Shown piece after piece: positions 21,147 through 31,315 of a DNA stretch of 64,000 nt. The translations under genes were made by a program, and so were the position numbers. How positions within the stretch are numbered: position 1 is the stretch's first letter; each line of letters opens with the position of its first letter. Below the pieces are notes generated by a model that had not been told where the DNA came from, ran no database searches, and worked only from the letters and a program-made list of their open reading frames with translations. Source of the DNA: Candidatus Bathyarchaeota archaeon (GTDB lineage: Archaea; Thermoproteota; Bathyarchaeia; 40CM-2-53-6); assembly GCA_963706285.1 (NCBI GenBank), contig CAVPLU010000004.1, positions 384,001 to 448,000 on the forward strand. The letters run 5' to 3'.

Positions 21147-22145
21147 CTACCCCTTTTTTCCATCTCTTCGCTCGATCGGAGGCCTGACGAGGCGCTGTTT
21201 CTCCTTGTTCATCTTCGTCCACTTTATGAACTGTCGAGAGGGCGGTTTCTCCTGATAGAGGCTTCCACGATTCGCCTCAAGTAGCCTAGGCCTTTCGCCA
21301 ATGCATTCAGCCGCAGTCATGATTGAACCACCAAGAGGCTTGATTTCCTCGGAAATCGTGGATAGTTCTCGGAGAGAGTCCTGGGCTCTCAACAGATGAT
21401 GATCGACAATGACCACCGGCACTTTCTTGGCGACTGTTGCAAGGTTGCTCATGCCTCTCCTTATGGAATCTTCTGAGACCTTCACCCCAGAGAGGTAGGT
21501 GGGTGGACCTCCTATGATGATTGCTGAGGGTTCTTCGGCGAGAATGAATTGAAGTGTCTTCTCCGAGATCGGTCCTTGAATATCCGATGCATGAATGAGT
21601 TTTTCATCGCGCGACTCTATCACGGTAGCAAGCAAGGAGCCAAGCTCCGTTGAATCCTCGCCATGAGGAAGCGCGACCGAGAATCTCACTTTCGTATCGC
21701 CATATTCGAAGCTTCTTCCATCTGCAGCGATTGTTTCAGCATTGATCTTCCGGCAGAAGCTTTGGAAAATCCATCCTCGTCTCCTCTGGCTGACGTTTGT
21801 TGAGGCCCTCGCATCTTTAACGAGTAGTGTCTTGTTTCGATAGATGTGCTGGGCCTCACGCAAGCTGCTAGCCAGCCATGTGGTGTCAGTGAAGTTGGGT
21901 GTGAAGTGGTCGTGATGGTAATGAGATACAACTAGGAGGTCTGCAATCCCTGCGTATTTGCGGATTCTCTGACGCGAATCCCTCAGAGCGTCGTACTCTT
22001 CAGGATGGGGGAGCAGGCGAAAACGAGGCCCCAAGGCCGCTCCTGGGTCAATGAGGATCTTGACATCTTTAGTTTCGACAAAAGTGCACATCGACCGAAC
22101 TCCGAGACTCTCGAACGCCAGCGGAACGAAGGTTATGTGATCCAC
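21147..22145 (-). CDS. UPF0282 MBL-fold hydrolase
   Basis: ESLGVRSM, SHYHHDH, SDIQG, GGPPTY, DHHLLR. Confidence 0.85.
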   Translation of the reverse strand: MDHITFVPLAFESLGVRSMCTFVETKDVKILIDPGAALGPRFRLLPHPEEYDALRDSRQRIRKYAGIADLLVVSHYHHDHFTPNFTDTTWLASSLREAQHIYRNKTLLVKDARASTNVSQRRRGWIFQSFCRKINAETIAADGRSFEYGDTKVRFSVALPHGEDSTELGSLLATVIESRDEKLIHASDIQGPISEKTLQFILAEEPSAIIIGGPPTYLSGVKVSEDSIRRGMSNLATVAKKVPVVIVDHHLLRAQDSLRELSTISEEIKPLGGSIMTAAECIGERPRLLEANRGSLYQEKPPSRQFIKWTKMNKEKQRLVRPPIERRDGKKG

Positions 22146-22318
22146 GTTTTCTCATCCCTGGTCATGGTGAAATGGAGTAGAAATCTAGGCGGTTACTACT
22201 TGCTCATTTGCAGCTTAGTGATGCAATGTTTCCATTTCACAGGTGTATGAGGCTCGTGCCTGGAATCTTGGGCACCCCACCCTTCTGAAGGTATCTGCGA
22301 AGTGTATGTGAAATAGTG

Positions 22319-23500
22319 CTACCTGTTCCGCTTGAGCCACTCCGATCTGCCATTATCCAGGTTTCTGCGAATGTAGTAGGCATTGTTCTGGAGTTTCTTC
22401 TTGGTGGCGAGTCTGATTAGTGGTGCAAAGTCTGGTCTGCTTCTGTCCACTGGGTTTGTTTCGATAACATTTGCCTTTTTGGCACTTTCAAACAGTCGTT
22501 CGCCTACTGCTGTTCGGACTATCACGGTGTTCCATCCATCTTTGGATCCAATCGCACCGATGGAAATGTCGGCAAGCTCAGCAGTGTAGTCAATGCAGTA
22601 CTTGCATGGGCCACTCATGTAACTCTCCAACTCTTTCAGGGAGACTTCAATGACGACCTCGGTGCCAACGTAGACCTTGAACTTCCCGCGCTTTATCACG
22701 GTCTTCGTTACCTTTGCGGGGTCAATGGCATGTTTTTGTTGAATGAACTCATTTACGAGCTTGTCGTGGTAGTAGACCTTCGAGCAGAATAGTCCGATGG
22801 TAAGGGCTGGTCGGCCTCCAGCTATGCCTGAACCGCCGAACTTGTAAGTTGACTGAAGTGATGTATGCATTCTCCAGAGCCCCTGCAATTCGCAAGGGAG
22901 GGCAACCAAGCCGATTCTCCCGTTCGGGAACGATGCTGCTGCATCCGACAGTCCTCCTAGAACGCCGCCATGAGTGTATTTCGAGCCTGCCGTGCCAACA
23001 ACGTCTTTCACGGTCGAACTGATCCTGGGCACGGTCTTCATCGGTATTCCGTTGCCAAGCGCAAAAGCAGAATTTGACTTGGCGAAGTCCATTGTCACGA
23101 AGCAATCGATGAGTCCTATGTCCAGCGCGTGCGCGAGAAGTGCGATGGATGTGCCTCCGTCTTGACCTGATTGCCGGAACCTATCCTCAACGGCGTGGGC
23201 CGAATGGATTGCTCTGTGGATTCCTAGCGTATCTTCTTCAAGGGACCTGGTCCTGCCGTGAATTAGATGTTCAATATCATCTATCGGCAGCTCAAGTCTT
23301 GGGCAACTGTAGTAACAGACTTGACATGCGGCACATGGCCCCACAATCACTGGCTCCTCATGCAGGCCCACGTAAAGTACATTCACCGGGCACGAAGCCA
23401 CGCAGGCACCGCACATCATGCAGTGGCCTGCACGGACAACTTCAGTGGAAAGGTGGCCCCAGATTTTGCCGCCCTTGATTGGTGACCAGCCCGTCTCCAT
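22319..23500 (-). CDS. Coenzyme F420 hydrogenase/dehydrogenase beta subunit family (FrhB/FdhB/FpoF-like) with N-terminal ferredoxin
   Basis: CMMCGACVASCP, CAACQVCYYSCP, GQDGG, AGSKY, LPC, IGLFC, CKYCIDYTAELADISIG. Confidence 0.88.
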   Translation of the reverse strand: METGWSPIKGGKIWGHLSTEVVRAGHCMMCGACVASCPVNVLYVGLHEEPVIVGPCAACQVCYYSCPRLELPIDDIEHLIHGRTRSLEEDTLGIHRAIHSAHAVEDRFRQSGQDGGTSIALLAHALDIGLIDCFVTMDFAKSNSAFALGNGIPMKTVPRISSTVKDVVGTAGSKYTHGGVLGGLSDAAASFPNGRIGLVALPCELQGLWRMHTSLQSTYKFGGSGIAGGRPALTIGLFCSKVYYHDKLVNEFIQQKHAIDPAKVTKTVIKRGKFKVYVGTEVVIEVSLKELESYMSGPCKYCIDYTAELADISIGAIGSKDGWNTVIVRTAVGERLFESAKKANVIETNPVDRSRPDFAPLIRLATKKKLQNNAYYIRRNLDNGRSEWLKRNR

Positions 23501-23800
23501 TTCACCTGTTAGGAACGTCAGTTCATCGGAATCGGCATATCAAGTTGACCCTAGTTAGTCCTCTTCCTAATTCCTGCCAGCATAATCGCCTGTTATGAAA
23601 CGCAAGACGGAAATCCTGCTTCTTCAATCCTCATACTTGCGGGCGATGACGACTCTGGCCCATTTGATTCGATGAAATCGATCTTGAGTGCGCGAGCCCG
23701 CACCTAGCTTTGCTCAAGGAGCTTGGTTGCTGACAGGAACTGTGATATTGGCTGTAGTCTTCACGTCAGATAGGTTGTGCGGCGACAGCGGAGAAAGACC

Positions 23801-24835
23801 ATGGTCCACGAAGCTTTCTTGACTGGAAAAGTTCCTCCGAATTTCCTCTCTCAGATCGTGTTTAGGCGCACTGGAGCGCATAATCGTGGGTTGTTGCTCG
23901 GCCCGGCCTTGGGGGAGGACGCGGCAATAGTCCGTACACGAGGAAAATTGCTGGTACTGACCACTGACCCCATAACGGGTGCGCAGGAAAATGTCGGTTG
24001 GCTATCAGTTCATGTCAACGCCAATGACGTCGCAACACGTGGAGGAAAGCCGGTCTGGTTCCTATGTTGTCTTTTGCTTCCTGAAGGGTCAGGCACAGAC
24101 GTTCTTGAGCAAATCATGACTCAGGTGGACGAGGCCGCACGCGAAATATCAGTCACTGTTGCAGGTGGTCACTCGGAGATAACACCTGGCCTGCATCGAC
24201 CAATAATAGTGGGGTCGATGGTCGGCGAGGTCACATCTGGCAGGTACATTTCAACCGCCGGTGCAAGGCCGGGCGATAAAGTTATACTGACTAAGACGAT
24301 CGGCCTCGAAGGCACAGCAATTCTAGCATACGACGTTCACGAAAGACTAACGCGCTCGCTTGGGGACAATGTCCTTCAGTCCGCGAAGGCGTTCTCAAGG
24401 CGAATTAGTGTGGTTAGAGACGCGATGATCGCCATGAAAGTAGGTGGTGTTCACGCCATGCACGATCCAACGGAGGGAGGTATCATCTGTGGCCTGTGGG
24501 AAATCGGGGAAGCCTCACGGACCGGCATGATGGTGGAGGAGTCAAGGATCGCTGTGGCTCCCGAAACCGAGTCCGTGTGTAATGTGCTAGGGCTTGACCC
24601 GCTACGGATGCTGAGTTCAGGATCGCTTCTGATTGCAGCAAGGTCAGGTAACGCCGATCAGATCATAAAGTCGCTGCGGAGAAGCGGAATCGCTGCATCT
24701 GTGATCGGGGAGATTACGAAGCCGGAGAAAGGCAGAATCTTCGTCAAGCGCGATGGAACCCGAGAGAAGCTTGAGCCGCCAGCTCGTGATGAACTCTACA
24801 GAATTCTCAACGAATCGCGAGCACCGTTCAGGTAG
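23801..24835 (+). CDS. AIR synthase-related (PurM/HypE-like) protein
   Basis: GEDAA, TDPIT, VNANDVA, GGHSE, MHDPTEGG. Confidence 0.85.
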   Translation: MVHEAFLTGKVPPNFLSQIVFRRTGAHNRGLLLGPALGEDAAIVRTRGKLLVLTTDPITGAQENVGWLSVHVNANDVATRGGKPVWFLCCLLLPEGSGTDVLEQIMTQVDEAAREISVTVAGGHSEITPGLHRPIIVGSMVGEVTSGRYISTAGARPGDKVILTKTIGLEGTAILAYDVHERLTRSLGDNVLQSAKAFSRRISVVRDAMIAMKVGGVHAMHDPTEGGIICGLWEIGEASRTGMMVEESRIAVAPETESVCNVLGLDPLRMLSSGSLLIAARSGNADQIIKSLRRSGIAASVIGEITKPEKGRIFVKRDGTREKLEPPARDELYRILNESRAPFR

Positions 24836-24924
24836 TCTCCATCGATCCTCAGTTTCACTTGGCTCTCACGTTTTTATCGAATCCGCATGCACAACAGATA
24901 AGATCGAGCAGGTCACGTTAAGCC

Positions 24925-26175
24925 ATGAAGAGCGTAGGGGTCCTTGAAGAGTTGCCTTCAGACATTGTGAAGGAAGTACTATCGAGGCCAACGGTTTTCC
25001 GCGACGAAGGGCCCCTCTCACTTGAGTATGTGCCAGCTCAGCTACCTCATCGAGAAGACAAACTAAGCTTCCTCGTACAACTCTTCAGGTTTGCCCTCGA
25101 AAGACCTGCTTCAATGAGTCAACGCGTACTGATAACGGGCGACGTAGGAACCGGCAAGACCGTCCTATGCCAACGTTTCGGCCTCGACATCACAAAAGCC
25201 GCAAAGAATCGCAAAGTGAACCTACACTACGTTCACGTGAATTGCAGAGAAAACAAAGGCAGCCTTTTCCTGATAATGAAACGTACCATTGAGAAACTGT
25301 CGCCTGACTTTCCGAAACGTGGCTTCGCACCAGAAGAACTCCTCCAAGTTCTAATGGACATGCTCGACGATCAAAACGCCCACCTGATCCTGGCCCTTGA
25401 CGAACTTGAAAGTCTAATTCAAACAGAAGGATCCACACCAATCTACACTCTGACGAGAATACAAGAAGAACGACCAGGTGCGCCCATGCGCCTCTCACTC
25501 ATCTGCATCCTCAGAGACCCTGAATACCTTAACAAACTGGACGCGAGCACCACCGGAACACTGCAACGCAACTTCGTAAGGCTTGAGAAATACGCCCCGA
25601 ACCAGCTCGAAGCAATCATCTCTAACCGTGTCGGACTTGCTTTCAAAGAAGGCGTCATGCCTGAAGCAACTATCTCTTTCTTGGCAGATGTGGCAGGTTC
25701 GTCTGGCAACGCCCGCTATGCCATTGAACTACTCTGGAGATCAGGAAAGTACGCAGACTCGGAGATTTCCCGCATAGTCTCCGCCGAACATGTCAGAAAA
25801 GCGATTGCAAGCGTCTATCCAGCCATGAGAACCGATTACATAGCCGCCCTCTCAATCCATGAGAAGCTCTTTCTGCTTGCTCTCTCCAGACTACTCATAG
25901 AAAGAGACACCGCCTACATCAGCATGGGAGACGTTGAACGTCAATACCAAGCCTCCTGCGACGAGTTCAACGAGGAACCCCGCCAGCACACACAACTATG
26001 GAAGTACGTCCGCGCACTCAGTTCGATTGGAGTTATCTCTGCCCAAAAGTCCGGAGAAGGCATGCGTGGCAGGACAACCCTTCTTGGATTCGCCCAAGTT
26101 CCTGCATCCGCAATGCAGCAAAGTCTAGAAGCAGTCCTCGAATCCACCCGCAAAACATCGAGAAAGTATCCCTGA
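24925..26175 (+). CDS. cdc6: Orc1/Cdc6 replication initiator
   Basis: YVP..LPHRE, GDVGTGKT, LALDE, GNARYAIELL, C-terminal winged helix (RGRTT). Confidence 0.93.
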   Translation: MKSVGVLEELPSDIVKEVLSRPTVFRDEGPLSLEYVPAQLPHREDKLSFLVQLFRFALERPASMSQRVLITGDVGTGKTVLCQRFGLDITKAAKNRKVNLHYVHVNCRENKGSLFLIMKRTIEKLSPDFPKRGFAPEELLQVLMDMLDDQNAHLILALDELESLIQTEGSTPIYTLTRIQEERPGAPMRLSLICILRDPEYLNKLDASTTGTLQRNFVRLEKYAPNQLEAIISNRVGLAFKEGVMPEATISFLADVAGSSGNARYAIELLWRSGKYADSEISRIVSAEHVRKAIASVYPAMRTDYIAALSIHEKLFLLALSRLLIERDTAYISMGDVERQYQASCDEFNEEPRQHTQLWKYVRALSSIGVISAQKSGEGMRGRTTLLGFAQVPASAMQQSLEAVLESTRKTSRKYP

Positions 26176-26223
26176 CCATACCCTTGAGCAACAAGCGCCT
26201 GCGATGGCTCGACAGCAGAAGTC

Positions 26224-27538
26224 TTAGGTAGTCTTTCTCTTTCGTCTGGGGTTTCCTGCCGTTCGAGGTTTCGCCTGTCTCTCTTTCTTCAGAAGAACTC
26301 GGCAGCTCTATAGGAATCCGTTTGATGCCCAGATAATCCATTGCGTCTTCACTTAGGCCGAGCCATTCGGCGAGTTTGGGTCCTTCGGTCGGGTTCTTCT
26401 CAATGATGTACTTGATGTAGGGTAGGTAGTGAGGGATTGCCCGTTTCGATGAGATGTGGCAACGTGCGCCTATGCTCTTGCCGAGCTCTGCTTTGATGGA
26501 TCTCATCTTCCTCGTTCTGGAAAGGAGCTGTATCCGCTCGGGGAACTTCATTGGGATCCAAGCCGGCTTCGTGAACTCCTTTGACATGGCAACTCCCGCT
26601 GTCTCCATCTCAAGAGCATATGGTAGCAACTCCCATGCTCGGGTCCGATTGATTCTCGCTCGATAGAGATCGGCCTGCGCAATTGCGTTCATGGCGTGAG
26701 ATAGGTCGCGTGGATCATTGAGTTGTCTGGGCGCGTTTTCGTAGATCCATTCAAAGAACATGTCCAGATCCATGTCCGCCATGTCCGTCGCCCTTCGCGC
26801 TTGAAGGCAAGTGGGTGACGTGAAGACAGTCTTAAGAGCGTCAAAGATCGTGGCTCTTCGATCTCGGAAACCGAGCCAAGTTGTCTCATCATACGTCAGC
26901 CTCTTCCGCCCCGACGTGAGCATTTGGAGATCGTTCATGATCGAGCGCATGTCACCTTGGGTCCTGTCTATGATGAGTCTGAGTGCTTGTTCGTCGACTT
27001 CGATGCTTTCCTTCTGGCAGATCTTCTTCAGATAGGGCACGGCATCTCTGAGGCCTAGCCTCTTGTATTCGATCATGGTGGTCGCGTTTCTGATCGGACC
27101 GATCTTTGGATCCCAAGGATCGTTTGCAGTGAGTATCACTGGAACCTGAGTATCCTCAACTAGTCTAACGATGGTGTCGACGGCGCCCCGGTCCTCACTT
27201 AGATTTATCCCATCAACCTCATCGATCAGTATCAGGCGAGGCCTTCCAAAAAGATCCGACTGCCTCGTAGCGAGTCCAACAGTTTTCTCGAGAGCATCCC
27301 GGTTTCTCTTGTCACTCGCATTAATTTCCACGAGGTCTAGACCGCGTTCGTTGGCTACTGCCTCAACAGACACGGTCTTACCTGTTCCGGGCGGGCCATG
27401 AAGCAACAGGGCTCTCTTCTTGGGAGGGCCTTTCCTCCACATGTCCATCCAATCCAGGATTTGTTGGATGGCCGGCTTGTTTCCCGCTATGTCAGCGAGA
27501 ATCTTGGGCCGATGCTTAACGGTCCAAGGTGCATTCAT
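26224..27538 (-). CDS. rfcL: Replication factor C large subunit (true stop probably 26224; apparent extension to 26033 from a 1-nt insertion)
   Basis: PWTVKHRP, GPPGTGKT, EINASD, DEVDG; removing one C of the CCCC run gives ...KPRRKRKTT*. Confidence 0.9.
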
Positions 27539-27547
27539 TCGAGCAGC

Positions 27548-28516
27548 TCAGCTCGAACGCTTCTGTGAAGGGACCAAGGCTAAGTGAGCGATCAGGGAGG
27601 ACAGCTGAACTTCTTCGTCTGCGCCCTGGATCAGTCTGTAGTCTATCTCGCCTACGATATCGATCAGCTCGATCTTACTTTTCTCGGGGATCGGCATTCG
27701 AAGTATCTCCGAATGGATTTGCTTCAAGATGTCTTTGCCCGACAATCCTTGCTGGATCAGCAGCGTTCTGAGTCTTTCTCTTGCTTTGATGAAATCTCCT
27801 TTCGTTGCGATTTCAAGAAGTTCTTGAACGTCTCCTGGCTTGGCTTTGCCGACAACCTCGTAGATCACTTTCTCGTCGATGGGTTTTCCTAGTGAGGAGG
27901 CTCCTTGGAGGGTATTGATGGCCTTCCTCAAGTCACCTTCAGAAGCGCTAGTCAGAGCCCGCAGTCCATGTTCGGTCAAGTGAACATGTTCTTTTTCGGC
28001 CACTGTCTTCACGTAGGCGGCAACATCTTCCTCGTTCAGAGGAATGAATCTGAAGATGGCGCATCTGGACTGGATAGGTTCGATTATCTTACCAGAATAG
28101 TTGCAGCTCAGGACGAAGCGACATGTGTCCGTGTAGCGTTCCATCGTACGTCTAAGTGCATGCTGAGCGTCCCCGGTCATGTTGTCTGCTTCGTCAAGCA
28201 CTAGAATCTTGAAGGGGACCTCGCTAATTGTGGCGATCCTTGCAAACTCTTTGACTGTGGTTCTGATCACGTCTATGCCTCGTGCGTCACTTGCATTCAG
28301 TTCCATAAACGCGTCCATGAACCTCTCCCCAAACAGATCGTGGGCCAAACACAGCGCCGCGGTCGTCTTTCCACTCCCAGGAGGGCCGGCAAAAAGACAG
28401 TGAGGCATAGCCTTCGTTTCAGCAAACCGTTTCAGGCGGTTGATCACGTCAGTTTGATTCCGCATCTCAGAGAGTGTTGCCGGCCGATACTTCTCCGACC
28501 ACATCGCGCTTTCCAT
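27548..28516 (-). CDS. rfcS: Replication factor C small subunit
   Basis: WSEKYRP, GPPGSGKT, ELNASDARGID, DEAD, SRC. Confidence 0.96.
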   Translation of the reverse strand: MESAMWSEKYRPATLSEMRNQTDVINRLKRFAETKAMPHCLFAGPPGSGKTTAALCLAHDLFGERFMDAFMELNASDARGIDVIRTTVKEFARIATISEVPFKILVLDEADNMTGDAQHALRRTMERYTDTCRFVLSCNYSGKIIEPIQSRCAIFRFIPLNEEDVAAYVKTVAEKEHVHLTEHGLRALTSASEGDLRKAINTLQGASSLGKPIDEKVIYEVVGKAKPGDVQELLEIATKGDFIKARERLRTLLIQQGLSGKDILKQIHSEILRMPIPEKSKIELIDIVGEIDYRLIQGADEEVQLSSLIAHLALVPSQKRSS

Positions 28517-28696
28517 ACGGAACACCAAACACTCACCATGTTTCAACGGAACGAAGGCAGATGCTTATGCAGGCCACGACGCCTAAAAAAGGATGGGATG
28601 CCCCATACTGTCTCAGCGTAAGCCATTTTCACTTGCCTCTCATGAGGAAGAACTTATGTGCAAATTCCCCATCTTCGCAGTGACGGAGAGGAATTC

Positions 28697-29254
28697 TTGG
28701 ACTTAGCGTCCTCAGTGGCGGATGTCGACTTCGACTTCCAGAACCTACCGGTAAGAATAGTCCTAACGCGTGAAATCCCATTCTCTCATCCTGCGACTGA
28801 GCGACTACAGTCTGTGAAGATTGGTCAAGACGCTGAGGTTCCATACTGGGTAGCTGATGAACTGGTCAGCGGAGGCTTTGCCAAGTATCTCGAGGAGGAC
28901 ATTTTGGATCTTTCCAAACTCTCAAAGACTCATTGGAAGGAAACGATTCCTACCTCGACACAGTTGCCATCACTGCAAGCGGACTTCTATTGCATGCTTA
29001 GACGCTTCCTTGCAAGACTGATGGCTGAAGGGAAGCAGGATCCATCCAAGCTGAGAGATTATGAGAAGGCCGAGAATCTCTCTCGTGACGTGGTCAACTG
29101 CAGGCTTCGAAAGATTGCGTCTTTTGCCGCTGCGCTCGGTCCTTCCAGCGACCTTCTCAAGAACATGACCTCTGAGGAACAGGCTCTGTACAAGCAGCTC
29201 AGAGTCACCATAGGTGAATGGAAATCCTCCTTACTAGAAGGTGAGCCTCCGTGA
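28697..29254 (+). CDS. GINS subunit (Gins23-type)
   Basis: N-terminal beta domain (EVPYWVADEL), then helical domain (RLRKI..A, NMTSEE..LY); overlaps mcm start. Confidence 0.8.
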   Translation: MDLASSVADVDFDFQNLPVRIVLTREIPFSHPATERLQSVKIGQDAEVPYWVADELVSGGFAKYLEEDILDLSKLSKTHWKETIPTSTQLPSLQADFYCMLRRFLARLMAEGKQDPSKLRDYEKAENLSRDVVNCRLRKIASFAAALGPSSDLLKNMTSEEQALYKQLRVTIGEWKSSLLEGEPP

Positions 29255-31296
29255 CTGTTCTTACAGGGCCCGAAGAGAGATTCCAAGAATTCCTCCGAAC
29301 ATTTCAGCCTGAGAAAGGCGAATACAAGTACAGGAAGAGGCTCGGCCAGCTTCGGAATCTCAGTCAACACTATATCGTGGTAGATTTCGAAGATCTCTTG
29401 GCATATGACCAAGAGCTCGCAAAACTGCTAGTGGACAAACCCGACGAGTACCTGCCATACATTGAGCGGTCAGGCTGGGCACAACTCAAGATCGAAGATC
29501 CAGAATACGCAGAGATGATCAAGAAGATTAGAGTGCGCTTCAGAAAACTTCCTGAACGCTACTCTCTTCGAAAAGTAGGACAAGCACAGCTAAGTAAGCT
29601 TCTCCTTGTCGATGGGATCATAGTACGTGCGACTCCAGTTAGGCCGCTTGTGACACGAGCCGCGTTCCAGTGTAGGAAATGCAATTCGTTCACTTTCGTG
29701 GAACAGTCTGGTCTCGTGATGCGTGAGCCCGAACTGTGCGGGCGATGTCGTTCGAAGCTTCTCGATTTTGCTGAGAAGCAGTCCACCTTCATCAACTCGC
29801 AAGAGCTTCGAATGCAGGAACGCCCAGAAGACCTCCCGCCAGGGCAACTGCCTAGAGCAATCGACGTGAAACTCTTCGAGGACCTTGTTGATGTGGCGAG
29901 GCCAGGTGACAGAATCTCACTAACAGGAATCGTCAGGGCACAACAAGAAGTGCTAAGCCGCGGAACACGCCTTCGTACGTTTGACCTTTTTCTGGACGCG
30001 AACTTTCTTGACATATCCGGAAAGGAAACGGAAATCGTTGAAATAACAGTCGAAGAAGAGGCTCAGATCCTTGAGATGGCGAAGGATCCCTGGATCCACA
30101 GAAAGCTCCTGTCATCACTTGCCCCATCAATCTACGGGTACGATGCCATCAAAGAAGCAATTCTGTACCTGCTGTTCGGCGCGGTCCACAAGACGCTCCC
30201 AGATGGAGTCACGATCAGAGGAGACGTGAACGTGCTCCTCATCGGAGATCCTGGCACAGCAAAGAGTCAATTGCTCCAGTACGTGGCACGTGTCGCCCCA
30301 AGAGGCCTATACACGAGCGGAAGAGGCTCCACCGCAGCAGGGTTGACAGCAGCCGTCGTACGAGAGAAATCAGGGGGCTTAGTTCTGGAGGCAGGTGCGC
30401 TCGTCCTCGCAGACAAGGGTGTCTGCTCGATAGATGAGATCGACAAGATGAGGCCTGACGATCGAGTCGCGATTCACGAAGCGATGGAACAGCAGACCGT
30501 CAGCATCGCAAAGGGAGGCATCGTGGCGACGCTGAACGCCAGAGCATCCGTCCTCGCCGCAGCGAACCCGGCGCTTGGAAGATATGAACCCTACAAGAAC
30601 ATCACTGAAAACATCAACCTTCCCGTTACGATACTTTCCAGGTTCGATTTGATCTTCATAATGAGAGACGCTCCGGACACTGAAGTTGACACTAAGATGT
30701 CGGAGCACATTCTCATTCTGCATAGAGTGGGGGCACCACCTCAAGAGGTACCGCTGACCCCGCAAATGTTCAGAAAATACGTCAGCTACGCTCGAGGAAT
30801 ATTTCCCGCCCTTACCGAGGAGGCCTCGAATGCTCTCAGAGATTTCTACCTTAGAATGCGTTCGACATCAACCACCGCGGACTCGCCGATCGCCATCACT
30901 CCACGTCAGTTGGAAGCATTGGTCAGGTTGTCGGAATGTCGAGCTCGCTCATTTCTGAGAGACAAGGTCACAGTGGAGGACACGGATGCAATTATCAGAC
31001 TCATGACGATCTCGCTACAACATGTCGGAATCGACACGAGCACAGGTAAGGTCGACATTGATGTGATAATGACTGGGAAACCCAAGAGCCTGCGCGACAG
31101 AATGCAGACAATTCTCAGCACAGTAGCTGTCATGGAACGCGAAACTGGAACCGTTCAAGAGTCTAAGCTCTACGAGGAACTGTCGAAGACAGCAGGACTC
31201 TCCGAAGGCGAGGCCCAGACCTTAGTCAACCAACTCATCAGAGACGGAATTCTATACTCGCCTAAGCCCGGTCAGCTGAAGCGCACGGCCGCCTGA
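29251..31296 (+). CDS. mcm: MCM replicative helicase
   Basis: Zn finger, PPGQLPR, GDPGTAKS, IDEIDKM, SRFD; no intein. Confidence 0.97.
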   Translation: MTVLTGPEERFQEFLRTFQPEKGEYKYRKRLGQLRNLSQHYIVVDFEDLLAYDQELAKLLVDKPDEYLPYIERSGWAQLKIEDPEYAEMIKKIRVRFRKLPERYSLRKVGQAQLSKLLLVDGIIVRATPVRPLVTRAAFQCRKCNSFTFVEQSGLVMREPELCGRCRSKLLDFAEKQSTFINSQELRMQERPEDLPPGQLPRAIDVKLFEDLVDVARPGDRISLTGIVRAQQEVLSRGTRLRTFDLFLDANFLDISGKETEIVEITVEEEAQILEMAKDPWIHRKLLSSLAPSIYGYDAIKEAILYLLFGAVHKTLPDGVTIRGDVNVLLIGDPGTAKSQLLQYVARVAPRGLYTSGRGSTAAGLTAAVVREKSGGLVLEAGALVLADKGVCSIDEIDKMRPDDRVAIHEAMEQQTVSIAKGGIVATLNARASVLAAANPALGRYEPYKNITENINLPVTILSRFDLIFIMRDAPDTEVDTKMSEHILILHRVGAPPQEVPLTPQMFRKYVSYARGIFPALTEEASNALRDFYLRMRSTSTTADSPIAITPRQLEALVRLSECRARSFLRDKVTVEDTDAIIRLMTISLQHVGIDTSTGKVDIDVIMTGKPKSLRDRMQTILSTVAVMERETGTVQESKLYEELSKTAGLSEGEAQTLVNQLIRDGILYSPKPGQLKRTAA

Positions 31297-31315
31297 AATA
31301 GGAAGCCCGTATCAA

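Noticed and set aside
23643-23692. Possible box C/D sRNA (ATGACGA...TTGA...ATGAAA...TTGA)
   Set aside because: All boxes are degenerate and no target could be identified
26033-26223. RfcL C-terminal extension overlapping cdc6 antisense
   Set aside because: Better explained by one extra C in a homopolymer
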